Counted from the first letter of the whole stretch, positions 22,535 through 36,471 are shown. The stretch is DNA of 63,993 nt, filler included, from Diploschistes diacapsis (GCA_023645945.1; 8 parts of 8 records of this genome joined end to end with filler, not necessarily neighbours in it), one strand, 5' to 3'. The notes: generated from the letters alone by a model not told the origin. Made by a program: numbers and translations.

Positions 22535-25500
22535 AACGAGATGCATTCTCTTCTGTATACATACGCAACGACATAGGCTGTGCCTTTGGTGTATGTCGCT
22601 TGTGGTTTCTCAAACTTAACAATGTATATTGAGAGCATGATTGTAGACTGATAAAGTAAAGCTCGCAATACTCAATGCCTAGCTCAGGGGGAAGGGGAAG
22701 ATACTCTGGAACTTATCTCTAATGAATCAGTCCTCCCATTGCTATAAAAAGAAAGTGTAGGTATGCTATTTGTCCCACGTACAAAACATTGGAAAGGAAT
22801 AAAGCTTAGCTAATCCCACGTAAATTTGCTCCAAGCGTCTGGTCAGATTAATATTCGATTAATGAAATTATTTACTTTCGCTAATCGGTGATTGCATAAA
22901 TATTGAATAAATAATCGATCCGATTAATTGCCGGTTAATCGTATATTAATCTATTAATGATTAACGCTCTCGTTAATTACGTGACCGATATCGATACTCG
23001 CCTGGATTTGCTTGATTTTGTGCAATCCTACTGCAAGAGAGTTTCTGTCGAAGGGAAATCCTCAATTCTGGCCTATGGGCTACCCTACTCCTCATGTCTC
23101 TACCTGAACTGCACTTGTTTCTCAATCACGCCGTCATTCCGATGTACAAGCATCGTTTGGCGATGGCAGTATCATTGACTCCGCCAGCAATTTGATATTC
23201 CTTGATCCCTCACCGCACACATGGTGGGAACATGCATTATGGGTGTTTGAGCCAGTTTGAAAGCTTCAAGATGGTGTGCGATTGCGGGTTTGGTGGCTAC
23301 CTAGCGCAGCCCTATCGATAGAAGCCACCGGACTCCAACCTGCTATGGATTCCCGGAAGGTGTGGAAGTCACACCCGGAACAGATTGGCATTGCTCATAT
23401 ACAAACTATTGGCCTATTTTGACTGGCGAGATTACCGAGATCAAAAGCCACGGACCCAACCACAATCATTGAGTGGGATTTACTGTCCCTGCAATGGATC
23501 TGTGCCGCTTTCCAGCTTTGTCTGGAGCTGCACAGGTTAAAGACGAGGATGAAGAGAAAGGCGAACGGTATGAAAGAGAAGAGGAAGAAGATGATAATGA
23601 CGACGAAGATGGTAACCAGCGACAACTTAGCACGCGCCCAGCTGCTCCTACCATGCAAGATCTTATAGAGTAGAATACTTTAATGATAGAAACCTCAGGA
23701 GCGCTTCTCGTTGGTATCGACGGTAGGGCACGAAACTTCAGCATAAACGCAGCCTCTGTCTCAGGTACTCACGATGTCCTGATTGTCCACAACGAAGGGA
23801 GTCATTTTTGGAGTGCCCGCCATCCAATCGTATGGCTAGAAACAGCTGCAATAGGTCCGCAAGTCTAGCGTGCAGATTGATGGTATTGGGAGTTAATCAG
23901 ATTCACGAGATGGGTTTGTCCAGATGCCCACATTTCGCTACTTGTAGGAATTATAGTTGCCACCATCATCACCCTTCTAATCTACATATTCTACAAACTT
24001 TGCATTGCGCCTCGATAAGCATGCCATGCATCTGAGGCAGTGAGCGGCACTTGGCTTTCGTGTGTTGATCCATCGATAGTGTAAGCTTTGAGTTCGGGTT
24101 GATGCCATGATTAATCATCTGGCTAGTAGTTTAAGTCGAAGCTGCATAAACGGCCTGTTTTTCTGCTGGATGGCGAATTCGGTTCTCGGTCTTCGCTCCA
24201 CGGAGATCCCAATCAATCAAACAGAGAGCTAATTCGCATTCCCAGATGCTTGTCAAGTAGACGTATATTTCCTCCTCAAATACCTCATACATTCCCGCAA
24301 TATTGCTCAATCCCCCCATCGACCAATCCAGCCCTGCTCGTCCTTCCGCACCGTATATCCTCATTAGCCCCCAATCAAAGGCACACACCCCCACCCATAC
24401 CCCGCAAAAAACCATGTCNNNNNNNNNNNNNNNNNNNNNNNNNNNNNNNNNNNNNNNNNNNNTTAATTAATTAANNNNNNNNNNNNNNNNNNNNNNNNNN
24501 NNNNNNNNNNNNNNNNNNCCCCTGGGGCCCCCTCCAGCGCTCATGCTCCTTTATCGCGCTTCATTCATACGAACTCCCCTCCTCCTCCTCAAGCTGCAGG
24601 CATGCCCACCAAAGACTCCCACCAAAGACTCCCCCTGCTTCCGCATCAGGATTGACCAGCCTTCTAGAAAACGAAGGAATGTACTACTACACACCCAGTC
24701 AACCATCAGCTATCACGAAAAGAAAAAAAAAACCTGCAAATCCAATCATTACCCTGCCATATCGCCAAATAATCAGCTTCCTGCAGCGGGGCGGCTTTTG
24801 ACGTGTTCGCCCATCCCCAGACCCGCAACCAATGCGAATCATTCCTTCATTTATTATTCACTCACTCATTCATTCGTTCGTTCATTCGTTCATTCGGTCC
24901 CCTCCCTCTATGCAAAGAGAACTCGACGGGGCACGGCAAGTTCCATCATTTCCCTTGTTCGTCGCGGCAACGGTATCTCGCACTCCGGTGCATTCCGCAT
25001 ACGACTTTACTTACCTTACTTACGCCTATCTACTTCGAAGCATTGCCGCCTGGCTTTGCCGCAGCAGCTCGCCGACTGAAAAAGCGGATGCAGAATAATC
25101 TTGTTTTTTATTTTACTGTGAGCTTACGACCGTAGATTGGTGGTTGGTCCATCTGAGTTATCTCATCGCTGGGTAGTATGAGTATGGTCTTCGGCAAGTC
25201 GGCTAATCTAATCCCTTGTCTCGCTTATCCGTCGATGTGTGTGCGCGAGAAAATCAGGGGCTTTGCTCTTTGACCGCCCGCTTCAAAGGGGTTGTTTTCA
25301 AAACCCCTTTGCTTTGATGCTACAGTGCGCGCTTCCTCGTAGCTGCCAGTTGACTTTATCCGCGAGCGGAAACTCTAGCTCCTTCAGGGAAAAAAATTGT
25401 GGAGTAAAAACGGGACCCGTTGGCGGTAGCCCATGGGATTTTTGCTAGAGGGTATCGAAAAAATATCGGGGCGCACACGGCGTCTTGCCACCCGCCGCCA

Positions 25501-25599
25501 GCCCCTTCCAGCTGACCAAGTACTTCGTAAAAAGGCTTATTCTCCATATGCTTTTGCCCCCCCCCCCCAGTTTCCGTGTCTCATCTCGCGTGAATACCC

Positions 25600-27115
25600 T
25601 CATACGGGCATGCTCATATGAATGCTCCCATTACTCGTCGTCCTCGAGTGCACCGCCCGATTCACGTCCCGCATTAACGCGCCCCCACCACCACCGCCGT
25701 TCACGCCTCCCATTCCCATTGCCATTGCCATTCCCATTCCCATTCCCATTCCCATCATATCCCCCGCCCCTGCCGAAATCATCGGCACGCCGTTCCCGTC
25801 CGCCCCGGCCAGCGCCTGCGCCATGTCCGTGTGCAGCGCGTACACCGGCCCCTTGGTGTCGTCGCCGTCAAACACGACAAAGTTCTGGATCGGCTGCTCC
25901 TTGCCGCCGATCACGTTGATGACGTCCTGCGCCAGCTGCCCGCCCAGGAAGGCGCACACGGGACTGAGCTCCGAGCCGAGGTTGCCGAGGAAGGAGCGCA
26001 GAACGTCCGCGCGCAGGGTCTCGGTCGGGAGCTGGAGCTCCTTGTGCTTCTCGCCCGCCAGGGTCGTGAAGAGCTTGATGTCGGCGTGCGAGTGCGAGGG
26101 GAAGAGGTTGTCGGTCTGGGATTGGTATTCCCACAGCGCGCGGATGCAGGACAGGATCGGGCTGACCATGAACTTGCGCCGCTGGCTTGCGAGGTGCCAG
26201 GCCGTGAGTGGCGAAGTGTTGGCCAGGTTGATGGGCGTGTAGGTTTCCAGCTTGGTGACTTGCTCCGTCGTCTTGCCGTCGGAGCCGCGCGAGGTGGTGA
26301 CGTTGATGATTGATTGGGTCGGCGTCTGCAGGCCGAGTTTGGTTTCGATGTTGGATTTCTCGCGGGAGATGACGAAGGTGTGCTGGATCAGGTCCGCAAA
26401 GATGAAACCGTAGAGGCCGAAACTGGAGGAGGCGTAGAAGGGTTTACCTTGCACGCGGCAGGCGATGTTGATGGTGGTCAGGACGCTGAGCGGGAGGTCG
26501 GTGGCTATCACGAGGCTGTAGGCGCCGAAGAAGGCGGGCTCTGCGAGGAGAGAGGGAAGGTTTGCTAGGTGAAGGCTGACGCGGGGGTTGAGCTTTTGGA
26601 CGTATGGCAGAGCTGCCTGGGACCGCTGTGAGGGATGAGAACCGCGAGGAGGGTAATACGACATGCTGTGGGCTTACCATCCGGCCGACAGATTCTTCAG
26701 AGATGACAAATTGAGCTCCGAAGTCGTCCTCCGTCACCACGTCATCATCCACGATGGTGAGGGATCCGATGCCCGCAAGCACGAGATTCTTGGCTATCTC
26801 ATTTCCAAGGGCTTTCATGCCAATAAGTAGAATGTTGGCACTCCGTAAACTGGGCTGGTCAGAGCCAGCGACAACAATAACAAGCCGTCTGCTTACCGTT
26901 CCTGCGCTTGAACCCCCCATAATCTGATCTGACGATCATAGAGCGCGATCTCGTCTGCGCAATAATCACTTAGGTCAACACAAATATCTCTCCACACTAA
27001 ACTCACCAGCGCTGATACCGGAGGGAGGCATTGGTGGCGCTGTCATATTTCCATCTAACAGTCCATGGCCGCTAGACCTAGAATTTCGGTTTTGTAGATT
27101 GGAGGAAGCATCCAT
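25600..27115 (-). CDS. AOS1: SUMO-activating enzyme E1 subunit Aos1/Rad31 (ThiF family), three introns (27006-26955, ~26896-26851, ~26677-26626)
   Basis: ISADEIALYDRQIRLWGVQAQER, NILLIGMKALGNEIAKNLVLAGIGSLTIVD, LNPRV, GLYGFIFADL, ELSPVCAFLGGQLAQDVIN, PIQNFVVFDG. Confidence 0.9.
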
Positions 27116-27500
27116 GGCGTAAAGTGATCTGAGGGTGGAACTGAGGGATTGAGGATGAGAACAACCGACGGGGATGTCAGCTGATATAGCAGAAAGATAC
27201 CATCACGGAGGACGCTGGGCAACTGCTTTCTAAACTCTCTGGTAAACCCGGATACATATGATGGGTTGTCGAGCGTGTGCTATGTCATATGCGCATGCGC
27301 TTTCAAGGGCTGAATGAAACACATCTTAAGTCGACTACGGCAGACAGCCACGCTATGACTTGGACAAATGAGTGGGATGCAGGCATTATACATGTAGTCA
27401 GCCACTAGATAGAACTGCTCGACTGTCATACAGTTACTACTACCAAGATAAGTGATGCCACCAATGCAGCGTGGCCTTAGGCTTAGAAATGGAACCAATC

Positions 27501-27501
<1 letters not shown>

Positions 27502-27531
<30 letters not shown>
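27502..27531. repeat. (CT)n microsatellite
   Basis: TCTCTCTCTCCCTCTCTCTCTCTCTCTC in the divergent intergenic region. Confidence 0.85.
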
Positions 27532-27969
27532 ACCGTGCGTAACGCAGTCTTTAAGGTTCGAAAGATGGCCGGGTCCTTTGACTTCATCCCGCATTGTCCC
27601 ACTCTACGCTTACTTCGTACCTGAACAACTGACCCTGGCTCTTGTCACCTGTCCTCTCGCTCTGTTGCACCAGATCAGACAGAACAACTATACTTCATCA
27701 CTGCTATTGCTACACAGGCCCACCTCAGCTCATTTGCAAGGGTGCCGCTGAACAAGGCAACCGAGTCTGTCTTGCTTTGGTGGAAACCTGCAGCGGCACC
27801 TCCTCCTTTTCCCGGCAACGTGCTTGCTTAGCGCCTAGTTGAATGTCTGTCCATTCAAGCCTTGCTGGCACATGCTTCCCAAGCGTAATCTGAAGCATTA
27901 CTGGTCCGGATCCTGCAGAGGGCGAGTCATACGGTGTTGTGACTTGTGGAGAGAAAGAGACGGCCCACC

Positions 27970-29537
27970 ATGGACAATCGAGGCTCGCCGCCAGTGGACA
28001 GAAATGCGGAAAATGCAAGAAGACGACGAAGAGCACAAAACATCCAGCTTCGAGGAATGAGTCCGCCGCCTCGAATACAAATGACTCACCCCACACAGTC
28101 CATCGATAACCGAGCCCCGCTGCAAGTCGCTCCACCACGACTGTTTGCCAACCCGGGCACCACACATCTTCAACGACACCGGCTCCGAAGGCAGAGGGAA
28201 GACGACGCTTTTGGAACGGTACAAGACGCAGTCAATCGGCTGAACGAAGTGACGTCGAATCTGACCTCCGTTCTCGACGAGCCATTACCACAAATTCTGG
28301 GGCCCGACGACTTCACTGGGCTGATAGATGATATGGATGGCTACAACAGGAGAAGTAAGAGGAGGAAACTTGATTCAGATCCTCTCGATACTCAACCAAG
28401 CTTCAGCTATGGCTATCATGGACAAGTTGCCCCTGGCCGGTTAAAGATGATGATTAGTAGCTGCGACGGGGGGCATTTACTCGAGTCTGACGAGCTACTC
28501 CCGCAAAAGAACTATCATCCGGAAAACGTGCTTCACAACGACAAGAGTGTATACTGCTCCAAAAAGGACAAATGTAATATAGTTCTCAAGCACTGGGGCG
28601 AAACGCCCTTCACTGTCACCAAAATCATTGTCAAGGCACCAGACTCTGGCTTCACAGCTCCGTAAGCAGCCTTCGTTCCTTATAGTTAATTACTGCTGAC
28701 TTCATTCAGGGTGCAAGAAGGGATGGTCTTCCTGTCAATGTCCAACGAGCAACTTGCGAGTCGGACCTCTCGCTATCAGATCAGAGACACCTGCCCCCAC
28801 ACCCTCACCCGTCAAAGCTCTGAACGACTTGGTGGACATCCGAACGATGACCCCCGGCCTTCCCTAAATGAGCCCTACTATTCGCAGCGGACGGGGCAGC
28901 CCTCTGTGAGGATGCTCCCTCCCGGGAACTACTTCCAACCTGTCTCAGGTACCGAATCTCCAGACACGGACTCGACGCCGCCACCAGACGACGTGTACCC
29001 GCACCCTCGCATCCAGCAGCCGAATGGGTCGTTTCATCAGTCTCAAGAACCATCGGCTCCCTTTGGATACCGAATCACCACATCCTGTGATGAGCCTTCC
29101 GGCGATGAAGAGGAACCGTCTAGCCCGTCTATTCTCCTGGACAGGCAGCGACGCAGGTATAGGGTCGACGAATCTTCGACTTCGGAAGATGATGATGAAC
29201 CAAGAATACGATACCACCGCCAGAGGTGCGATCCGAGGACGATCGAACGTATGGATGGGGACTCTGAGTCGGAAAGCAGAAGGCCACCACAAGAACTCAT
29301 GCCCTACGCTAAGTTTTTTATTGAGAGAAGAAAATATGTCGTGAGCCTGAAATTTGATCCTCCAATGTATGGTTCTTATATTCGTTTCGCGATCTATAGA
29401 CTGACAAGGCCAGATCTGCACGGTATGTGCTATTAAAACTGTGGAGTCCACAGGGTCACGGCAATATCGATATTCAGAATATCTCCATCCACGGCTTCGC
29501 TGGGCCGAGATACTTCCCTGCTATATCCATGGCCTGA
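27970..29537 (+). CDS. Conserved fungal hypothetical protein with a split galactose-binding-like (muskelin-N/DOC-like) domain; introns 28662-28709 and 29367-29413
   Basis: GQVAPGRLKMMISSCDGG, YHPENVLHNDKSVYCS, CNIVLKH, FTVTKIIVKAP, then FDPPISARYVLLKLWSP-NIDIQ-GFAGPRYFP; both introns are GT-AG with CTGAC branch sites and keep frame. Confidence 0.8.
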
Positions 29538-30502
29538 GCTGGCCCCGGATGGCCTCGAGCATTTTTAATTTATTATAGGGTGCTCATCTGACATTGCTAT
29601 GACTTGTCCGGCATGGTACTAGTGTTGATTTGCATAAGCTACCCTTGTACCATAGGTTTTCTAGCGGCAATGACCAGTACAGATGGTGACCGCAATCTTG
29701 GTTACTGTTACTGATTACTCGGCTCCGGTGCATATATGCGTAATGACGATCTAGCCAGTTAACTGCTGTGGGTAGCTTTCATATACCAGAAAATAGCCTT
29801 CGACATTTGCTCGTAGTTTAAGAACTGATTATTTCTATTCCATTACCCCCATCTCGCATTCAGCTACGGGGGGGCAAGAATCCTCGAGAAAGAACAACCA
29901 TCGGGATTTCCGGCCACGCTGCCAAGGTACAATGTCAAAATGGAGGCCATAGTACGCTGTCAAGGTCGAGGCCAGAGTACGCCGCCGATATGATGACTCG
30001 AAGGTCGAGCATCGTTGTCAAACCAGACAAACAAGGCAAATGCTTAAGTCCGAACGGGTCTTGTACTTTCTTCAAGGACTAGAGCTTCATCAATAATAAT
30101 TTGAATTGCAATCTATGGAACGTACCAGCCAACTTTCACAAAAAAGCGCTCAGCTTGCGTTATCTCCGAGCTCCATGACTCCGCTCAAACAAACTTTCCT
30201 TGGAGAAACTGATCAGGAGCGTACGATGTAGCTTGCGTGGCAAGGTACATGGAGAACCCAGTTGAGACTGAAAGAGCATGGAACTCTTGCTTGCCAGAGC
30301 CACTAGTCAAGTGGTACCCCGAATTACCCCGATATATATGGGGGGAGAATACCCTGTTGACTTTGTTGCGAGTTTAGTACCTGTCACTTTGAAGCACTGT
30401 TGCAGGTTGAATCTCCAACTGCATTATCTTGAGCGTTCGTAAAGGTGTCACAGAAGCACCAGTCTTATCTGTCTTCCTCTGCAATAATTGCAATATCTTG
30501 CA

Positions 30503-31967
30503 ATGGCTGTCGATAGCATCCTCCTTCAGGGCGGGGCAGGTCATTGTCCATGAGGCCGATGATGCCGTTTCTACCAAGACGTGTGATATCCTCATCGAGG
30601 GCAACAAAATCACCAAGGTTGCGCCTTTAATCACAGCACCGAGCTCAGCCACCCGCGTGATTGACTGCAAAGCTCGTTTGATCAGTCCAGGTTTCATTGA
30701 TACCCATAGACACACCTGGCAGACCCAGCTGAAGGGAAGGCATATCGATGAGACTCTATTTCAGGTAGGTCATTGCATGGCCAACCAAAAGATTAATGGC
30801 TGACAAAGCTTAGTACATGCCCACTGGCAACGTTAGATGTTGTTCCTGCGAAGCAGGAGAGAAAGGCTGAACATGTCGTAGATGGCTTGCAAGTTTTACT
30901 CCGCCCATGACGTCTTTTTGGGCACGCTTGGTGGTGCACTTGAATCCATTGATGCCGGAACTACTGCTATCGTCGATCACGCTCACATGTGCTACTCGCC
31001 CGAAATCGCGCTTAGCGCAGCAGCGGCTCTGGAGGCTTCCGGAGTGCGCGCAACGTACTGCATCTCGCCTACCTTGCTCGTCAAGCAGTGGGGGCCGAAG
31101 CTTGAAGTCGATCAGGATGTAATCCCAAGCTGGTGGGACGAGATGTACTCCAATCTGGCCCAGGAGCTGCGCAAAGGGTCTGGAAGGGTCAGTCTAGGCT
31201 TGGGGTTTGACGTATTCCAGATAGGGAAAGAAAAAACGGTGGACCTGTTCACGAAGGCCCGCAAGGAAGGAGCAAAGATCATCACTTCCCATAGCGTCTT
31301 CGATACGTCCAGCTTGCAGTTTCTGATAGTCCTTTTTGAGCAGATTGCTTACTACCGCAAGGTTACGATCCCCCTGTCGAGCATGAAGGAATGGGGCCTA
31401 CTAGGTCCCGACATCCTCCTCAGCCACTTCAACAACGCTACGCCCGAGAAGTCTGCCGACCTCGAAGCGGCTGGTGGCCACGTCTCTTGGAGGCGAGGCT
31501 AGCGCTCCAACACGCTCGTTCCGTCTGCAACAAGTCTTTCGAGGACAAGGGCCAGATTGCACCAAACCTGAATATCAAAGCCGTCGAAGTCTTCAATCTC
31601 GCCACGATCAAGGGCGCCCGTGCCATGGGAATGGAAAAAGAAATCGGATCGATCGCAGAGGGCAAAGCTCGCGGACCTTGTCATCTGGGACATGACGACC
31701 CCGGGCATGGTGGCGGCGGCCCATCACGATGCCGTTGCGGCCATCTTGGTCCACTCGAGTGTGAGGGACGTCGACACGGTCATTGTGGACGGTATCGTGA
31801 GGAAGGAGAATGGGAAGCTCAAGGCTTTCGATAACAAGGGCAAGAAGATGGAGTGGGCCGAAATTGCCAAGGAGTTTGTGGCTAGTCGCGAGGAGATACA
31901 GAGGCGGGCGAACAAGGTCGACTACCAGCAGGCATCGAAGGATCTTGCGGCAAGCATGGGTCAATGA
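30503..31967 (+). pseudogene. Metal-dependent amidohydrolase (SAH/MTA deaminase-like), disrupted
   Basis: PGFIDTHRHTWQ HxH motif, ESIDAGTTAIVDHAH, LATIKGARAMGMEKEIGSI, DVDTVIVDG; frameshift in the G run near 30530, apparent deletion near 31488, frameshift near 31667. Confidence 0.8.
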
Positions 31968-33419
31968 GTGAGAGCTTTGGAGGGCTTAGTCGACGGTTAC
32001 GTCGTGTGCTTAACAATACTCTTCATCTACTCATATAAACATTCATTCCGAGCAGGAAACACACATCTAACAACATGTTTCTCCCGGCGAGTCCCCTCCT
32101 TCATAGACTCCATTGCTAGCCGGCCCGCTTAGCGCCTGCTGCTTTTAGTCTCTTACAAATGCACTTTACTTAGGCCGGCAGCTGTTCATGTGAAGGCCAT
32201 CACCGTTCCTATAGCATCCAGCCTAGTCTACCTCTCGTGCGATTCGTAAGGAGGCACAACAAGCTACCTAAAACGGACATTCGGTCTTGGTAACTCTTGG
32301 TGCGTTATCCAGGTATTTATACCGAAGCGTTTTCTTGATTTTTTGATGTGGCTATTATCTCGTTTATCTGCCACAACCCAACCCATCCATCTTCCGCAAG
32401 CGCCTTGTATGTGCCATACTATACAGTATAAATTGTCTTCATGACGACGCCCAACTTCCCTCCTCCGGGAAGCAATCAGTACATCCATCGATACCCTAAT
32501 CTCGATGCTTGATCCTGGCTCTTCATTTAAGTTGGCGCGGTGCAGAGAGATATAAGCAGTATGGTGGTGCAGTATCAAACCNNNNNNNNNNNNNNNNNNN
32601 NNNNNNNNNNNNNNNNNNNNNNNNNTTAATTAATTAANNNNNNNNNNNNNNNNNNNNNNNNNNNNNNNNNNNNNNNNNNNNTTTAAAATATTAAAAAAAT
32701 GCTTTTTTATTTTTTTGATTACGTAATAAAAATGATTGGCCTCGCTATCTTCGCCGGTTTCGTCTGTTTCGTTTGTTTCGATAGGTTTCGCTAGACATTT
32801 TTTTTGCTTGAAAAACTTTTCGTGATGATAGCGTGCACCGCGTATTTAGCGACCATGTGATTAAGTGTTATTGGTGTCAGTTTACATACAAGGAATGGCT
32901 TGGAAGTGACGAGGTCGGAACCTCGGATCGTTACAATATAATTGCTGTACCCGTAACGGCGCTTTTTGGCGGGCACCATTTTTTAACCCCATATTAGGCA
33001 CTTAAGGAAAATTTAAGAAATTTCGAAAAGAAGTTATCTTCATCCGTAATGCTTTAAAACTTTTTAAAATATTTTCAATTTTCGATTTGCCACATTTCTG
33101 AGGAAGATAGTTGGATATAAACTTAATCGATTTTAGTGAGCAATCGGGTGTGACTTGACTACTTTTGGCACTGACTTTTAATTCTTAGACCCCTAAATTT
33201 CTCTAGAATGAATTCATACGGTGTCCAAAATCTAATGAAAAATAACCTTCAATAGATCAGAATAGTAGAAAGAAAAATAATTAAAAGGTTAAATTAAGGG
33301 AACGCATTCAGATTATTATAAGCCACGTAAGGCGCGCTTATGGCCTTAATTAATAAAAGTTTGAAAGGATTTTGCCTGTCTCACTCTCTTTTATTCTTTT
33401 TTAGTAGTTAGTCCTAACA

Positions 33420-34650
33420 TCATGATCCTGCCCGGGGTATAGCCATCTTGTCACATTATCTTATTCCACTCCTTACTTTTTTGGATTATTTTAGTAATTC
33501 ATATTAGTTCTTTGTCTTCTATTCAGGGACACTGCATTCAGTTTCAATAGGATCCATGTTCTAATACTTATCATAGTAATCATTCAATAATCTAGAACAT
33601 TTGGTTATTAACATATTTTTTAATGATATTTTATTAGGCTCTAGACAAGTCTCGAACCTCCTAAAACCTTTGAAGTCTTATCAATAGTTGATGAATCACT
33701 TGTTCTAACCTATTTAAATTAATACTCGTATATAATTTTAAGACATAAACCAAAGCTTCACTAATTAGATTTTATTAAAAATTTTATTATTTGTGGCACT
33801 CGGCTTAGCTACACCGAATTCAACAGACGGATCATCTAATAGCTTTGTTAAGTCTTTTACTAATGTCTAAACCTATAATGTGACCTTCTTATCTCGAGCA
33901 GAAAGTTGACATTATCAAATAAAGCTACAATAGAAAACCAGGAATCAACTCGATTTCACAGGTTATCATACTTTGAAGGAAGATAACTCTCATTGTGAGT
34001 ATAATACACTTTGAGGGTAATCATTCTCAATTCTATGGTGGTCACCGAATAATTCCTCGCCGAACAGTACATAGGGTCCCTTCACCTCCTCAAAGAACTA
34101 GATGGAATATTCTATCACGAACCTATTCCCATGATCATTATCCATTACTAGAGAATGGACTGGAAGAACTACAACAGCAATCATACAATCGGCCAAGCAT
34201 AATCGTGTTAAAACGCGAGGTCACGGCCTTCATAGTTTCCTAAGATGATGGAAAACATCTATTGTCTTCTCAAATCCTCAAATAATCTATATCTAGAGCT
34301 AACTATCACAATCAACCCTAGTGCCTCCGCATCGAGATCTATCATAGCGCAACAATAATATCATTCCCATATACAGCTTATGTTTCCAACTTCCCATACT
34401 GCAACTCCTCGGAAGGCAGGGCAAGATAGAAATAATCTAAACCTTTGAGTATGCATATTGATAGGCATGCGAAACATAAAAGAATAACTGGCGCCAAGAT
34501 AGCCATTTGGGCCAGTATTATAGGAGATCAACCTAAAGTCATATAAGAGGAAAGAACTAAGAACCTTTGTGAAGGCTTTATAAAGCGGCTCCATATTGCG
34601 ATGCAAGAGGAAACGAAAAGAGATTAACTTGGACCTGAATCTGATGCCCT
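33420..34650 (+). pseudogene. RIP-like AT-rich gene relic of unknown family
   Basis: Coding-like Leu-rich frames broken by many TAA/TAG codons; TpA-rich with surviving CpG. Confidence 0.3.
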
Positions 34651-35250
34651 AGATAGTATGAGCATTATGGCAGAATGAGGTTCTATAATCGAGGCCCCTT
34701 GTTGAGAGCTCATTAATAAAAACGTGCCTTTTTGCTAATAACAAAATATCTGTCGAGATAACATACATAACGGATCGATTTGAATCATCGATCTGGATCT
34801 ATTAACTGGATAGTTATTACTTAACAGCACCTTACGCTTTCGTGTTAATCTGAAACTTTTTGACGTTATAAATAACCGTTATTCTTTATAGTGTATTCTT
34901 TTTAGTGGCGTGGGGTAATTAAGTACTAAAAGCCAATATGCTATTAGACTTACGAAGATAAGATATAAAAAATTTTTAAAAATTTATATATATTTTTATA
35001 AAAATTCAAAACCATTAGACTTTCGAGTCAATTATTAATGGTAAATCTTTTTTTAAATATCGGATGTTACTAGTACTCCAGGGGCAAATAAATTACGACT
35101 TATAAAATTTCAATATTAGCTAGCTTAGCTAGACTGAATGACCTTCTAACCTTACTTTTCCCACGTCTACTTGAACTTACGAATTATCATCTGGGGATTC
35201 TGCTTAGATATCTAATATCACGAGTTTCTTGAGTTCAGAAATGAGCAGCT

Positions 35251-36471
35251 ATGTTATCCAGCGACCATTCTCCTTCGCGAGCGCGAAATCGCTTGTTCTT
35301 TCGACCTATAACACCGCCACCACGCCCAATATCGAATCTGCAGATATCTCCGACGAAGCGTAAAATTTCAAATTCAGCGCAGACTTCCCCTACAAAAATA
35401 GTCGCACGAGCACCCTTGGCGCTTATATCAAATATGGCGATACCGACCCAGCCAAAACCCGAAAGCTCACAAAACGCATCGTTTAATGCTATTAAAGAAC
35501 GATTGCTCAAAACCGTCGAGGCTAGGAACACCAATCAGACTTTATCAACAGAGATTAGCGTCCTGGATTTTGAGCTAGTTGAGCTCAATGACCGCGAGTA
35601 CGAAGAATTGGAGGCAATAGTGGGCGACTCCGACCAGAAATTTCCGAGGATTACCTACGATTCTTTGAAAGGGAAAATGAGAATCAGTTATGTGCCGTCA
35701 CATTTGCACGAAGAGATCGCCGCTCAATTTCCGATGGAACATGCAATATCGAGATTGAATTTAACATCTGAAATAAGAGCACGGACGGGAATATCAGGAA
35801 GCCCTAGAATCAGATTCACTGGACATCATAAGCGCACCAAATTAGAACCGGATGCCGCATTTATGTATCGGAACGGTCAAGACAGGGAACGAAAATTATC
35901 CGCGGTTGTGGAAATAGGTTACAGTGAGCCCTACGAAAGCCTACGCGAGGTTGCTTCGATTTGGTTAAATGGCCAATCAACTATCCAGTTGGTCGTGCTA
36001 CTCAAGATTACTGAAACCCCTGAATGGACTTCCAAGTCTAGCGTTGGCGACCGTGATTTAACCCAAATCAAAAGTAGCTTGAAGTCCGAGAAACTCGATT
36101 TCGAACAAATCGAACCTCGATCAGATACAATTGTTCATCCGTTATCATTCGGGAATTATGGTATACCTTTGATTAATCAAATGACAATGTCTCTTGAATT
36201 ATGGAAAAGAGATGCTAGTGGGAAGCCAACGCAAAATGGAAATCGAATGTGGTATGTTCCGGGTTGCACTGACCCGTTGTTAAAATATGGAGATTTGTTT
36301 CCAATTTCTAAAGAAGATGGGGGCGATGTACCGTTTCAACTTTCTTGGCAGAAACTCGAGATGGCGTTAATTGAAAGCAGACTCGACTTCGCTGATGTCC
36401 GTTATGGACAAGTTAGAAACTGGGTACGGGCTCGCGAATCAGATAGCACCGACGATGTTTCTGATTTGTAA
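35251..36471 (+). CDS. Uma2-like PD-(D/E)XK restriction-endonuclease-fold protein
   Basis: Intronless 406-aa ORF with PRITYD, PSHLHE, KLEPDAAF, AVVEIGYSE, LREVASIWL and LVVLLKI, the motif order typical of Uma2-type nucleases. Confidence 0.7.
   Translation: MLSSDHSPSRARNRLFFRPITPPPRPISNLQISPTKRKISNSAQTSPTKIVARAPLALISNMAIPTQPKPESSQNASFNAIKERLLKTVEARNTNQTLSTEISVLDFELVELNDREYEELEAIVGDSDQKFPRITYDSLKGKMRISYVPSHLHEEIAAQFPMEHAISRLNLTSEIRARTGISGSPRIRFTGHHKRTKLEPDAAFMYRNGQDRERKLSAVVEIGYSEPYESLREVASIWLNGQSTIQLVVLLKITETPEWTSKSSVGDRDLTQIKSSLKSEKLDFEQIEPRSDTIVHPLSFGNYGIPLINQMTMSLELWKRDASGKPTQNGNRMWYVPGCTDPLLKYGDLFPISKEDGGDVPFQLSWQKLEMALIESRLDFADVRYGQVRNWVRARESDSTDDVSDL

Noticed and set aside
22840..24050. 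TTAAT/TAATCG-rich patch and acidic short ORFs
   Set aside because: No TIR, TSD or protein family could be defined.
24850..25100. TACTTACCTT (U1-like 5' end), GCATTCCGC/GCGGATGC pairing and (TTCA/TTCG)n repeats as a possible snRNA or telomerase RNA
   Set aside because: No U1 stem-loops or telomere template seen; more simply minus-strand splice donors or low-complexity UTR.
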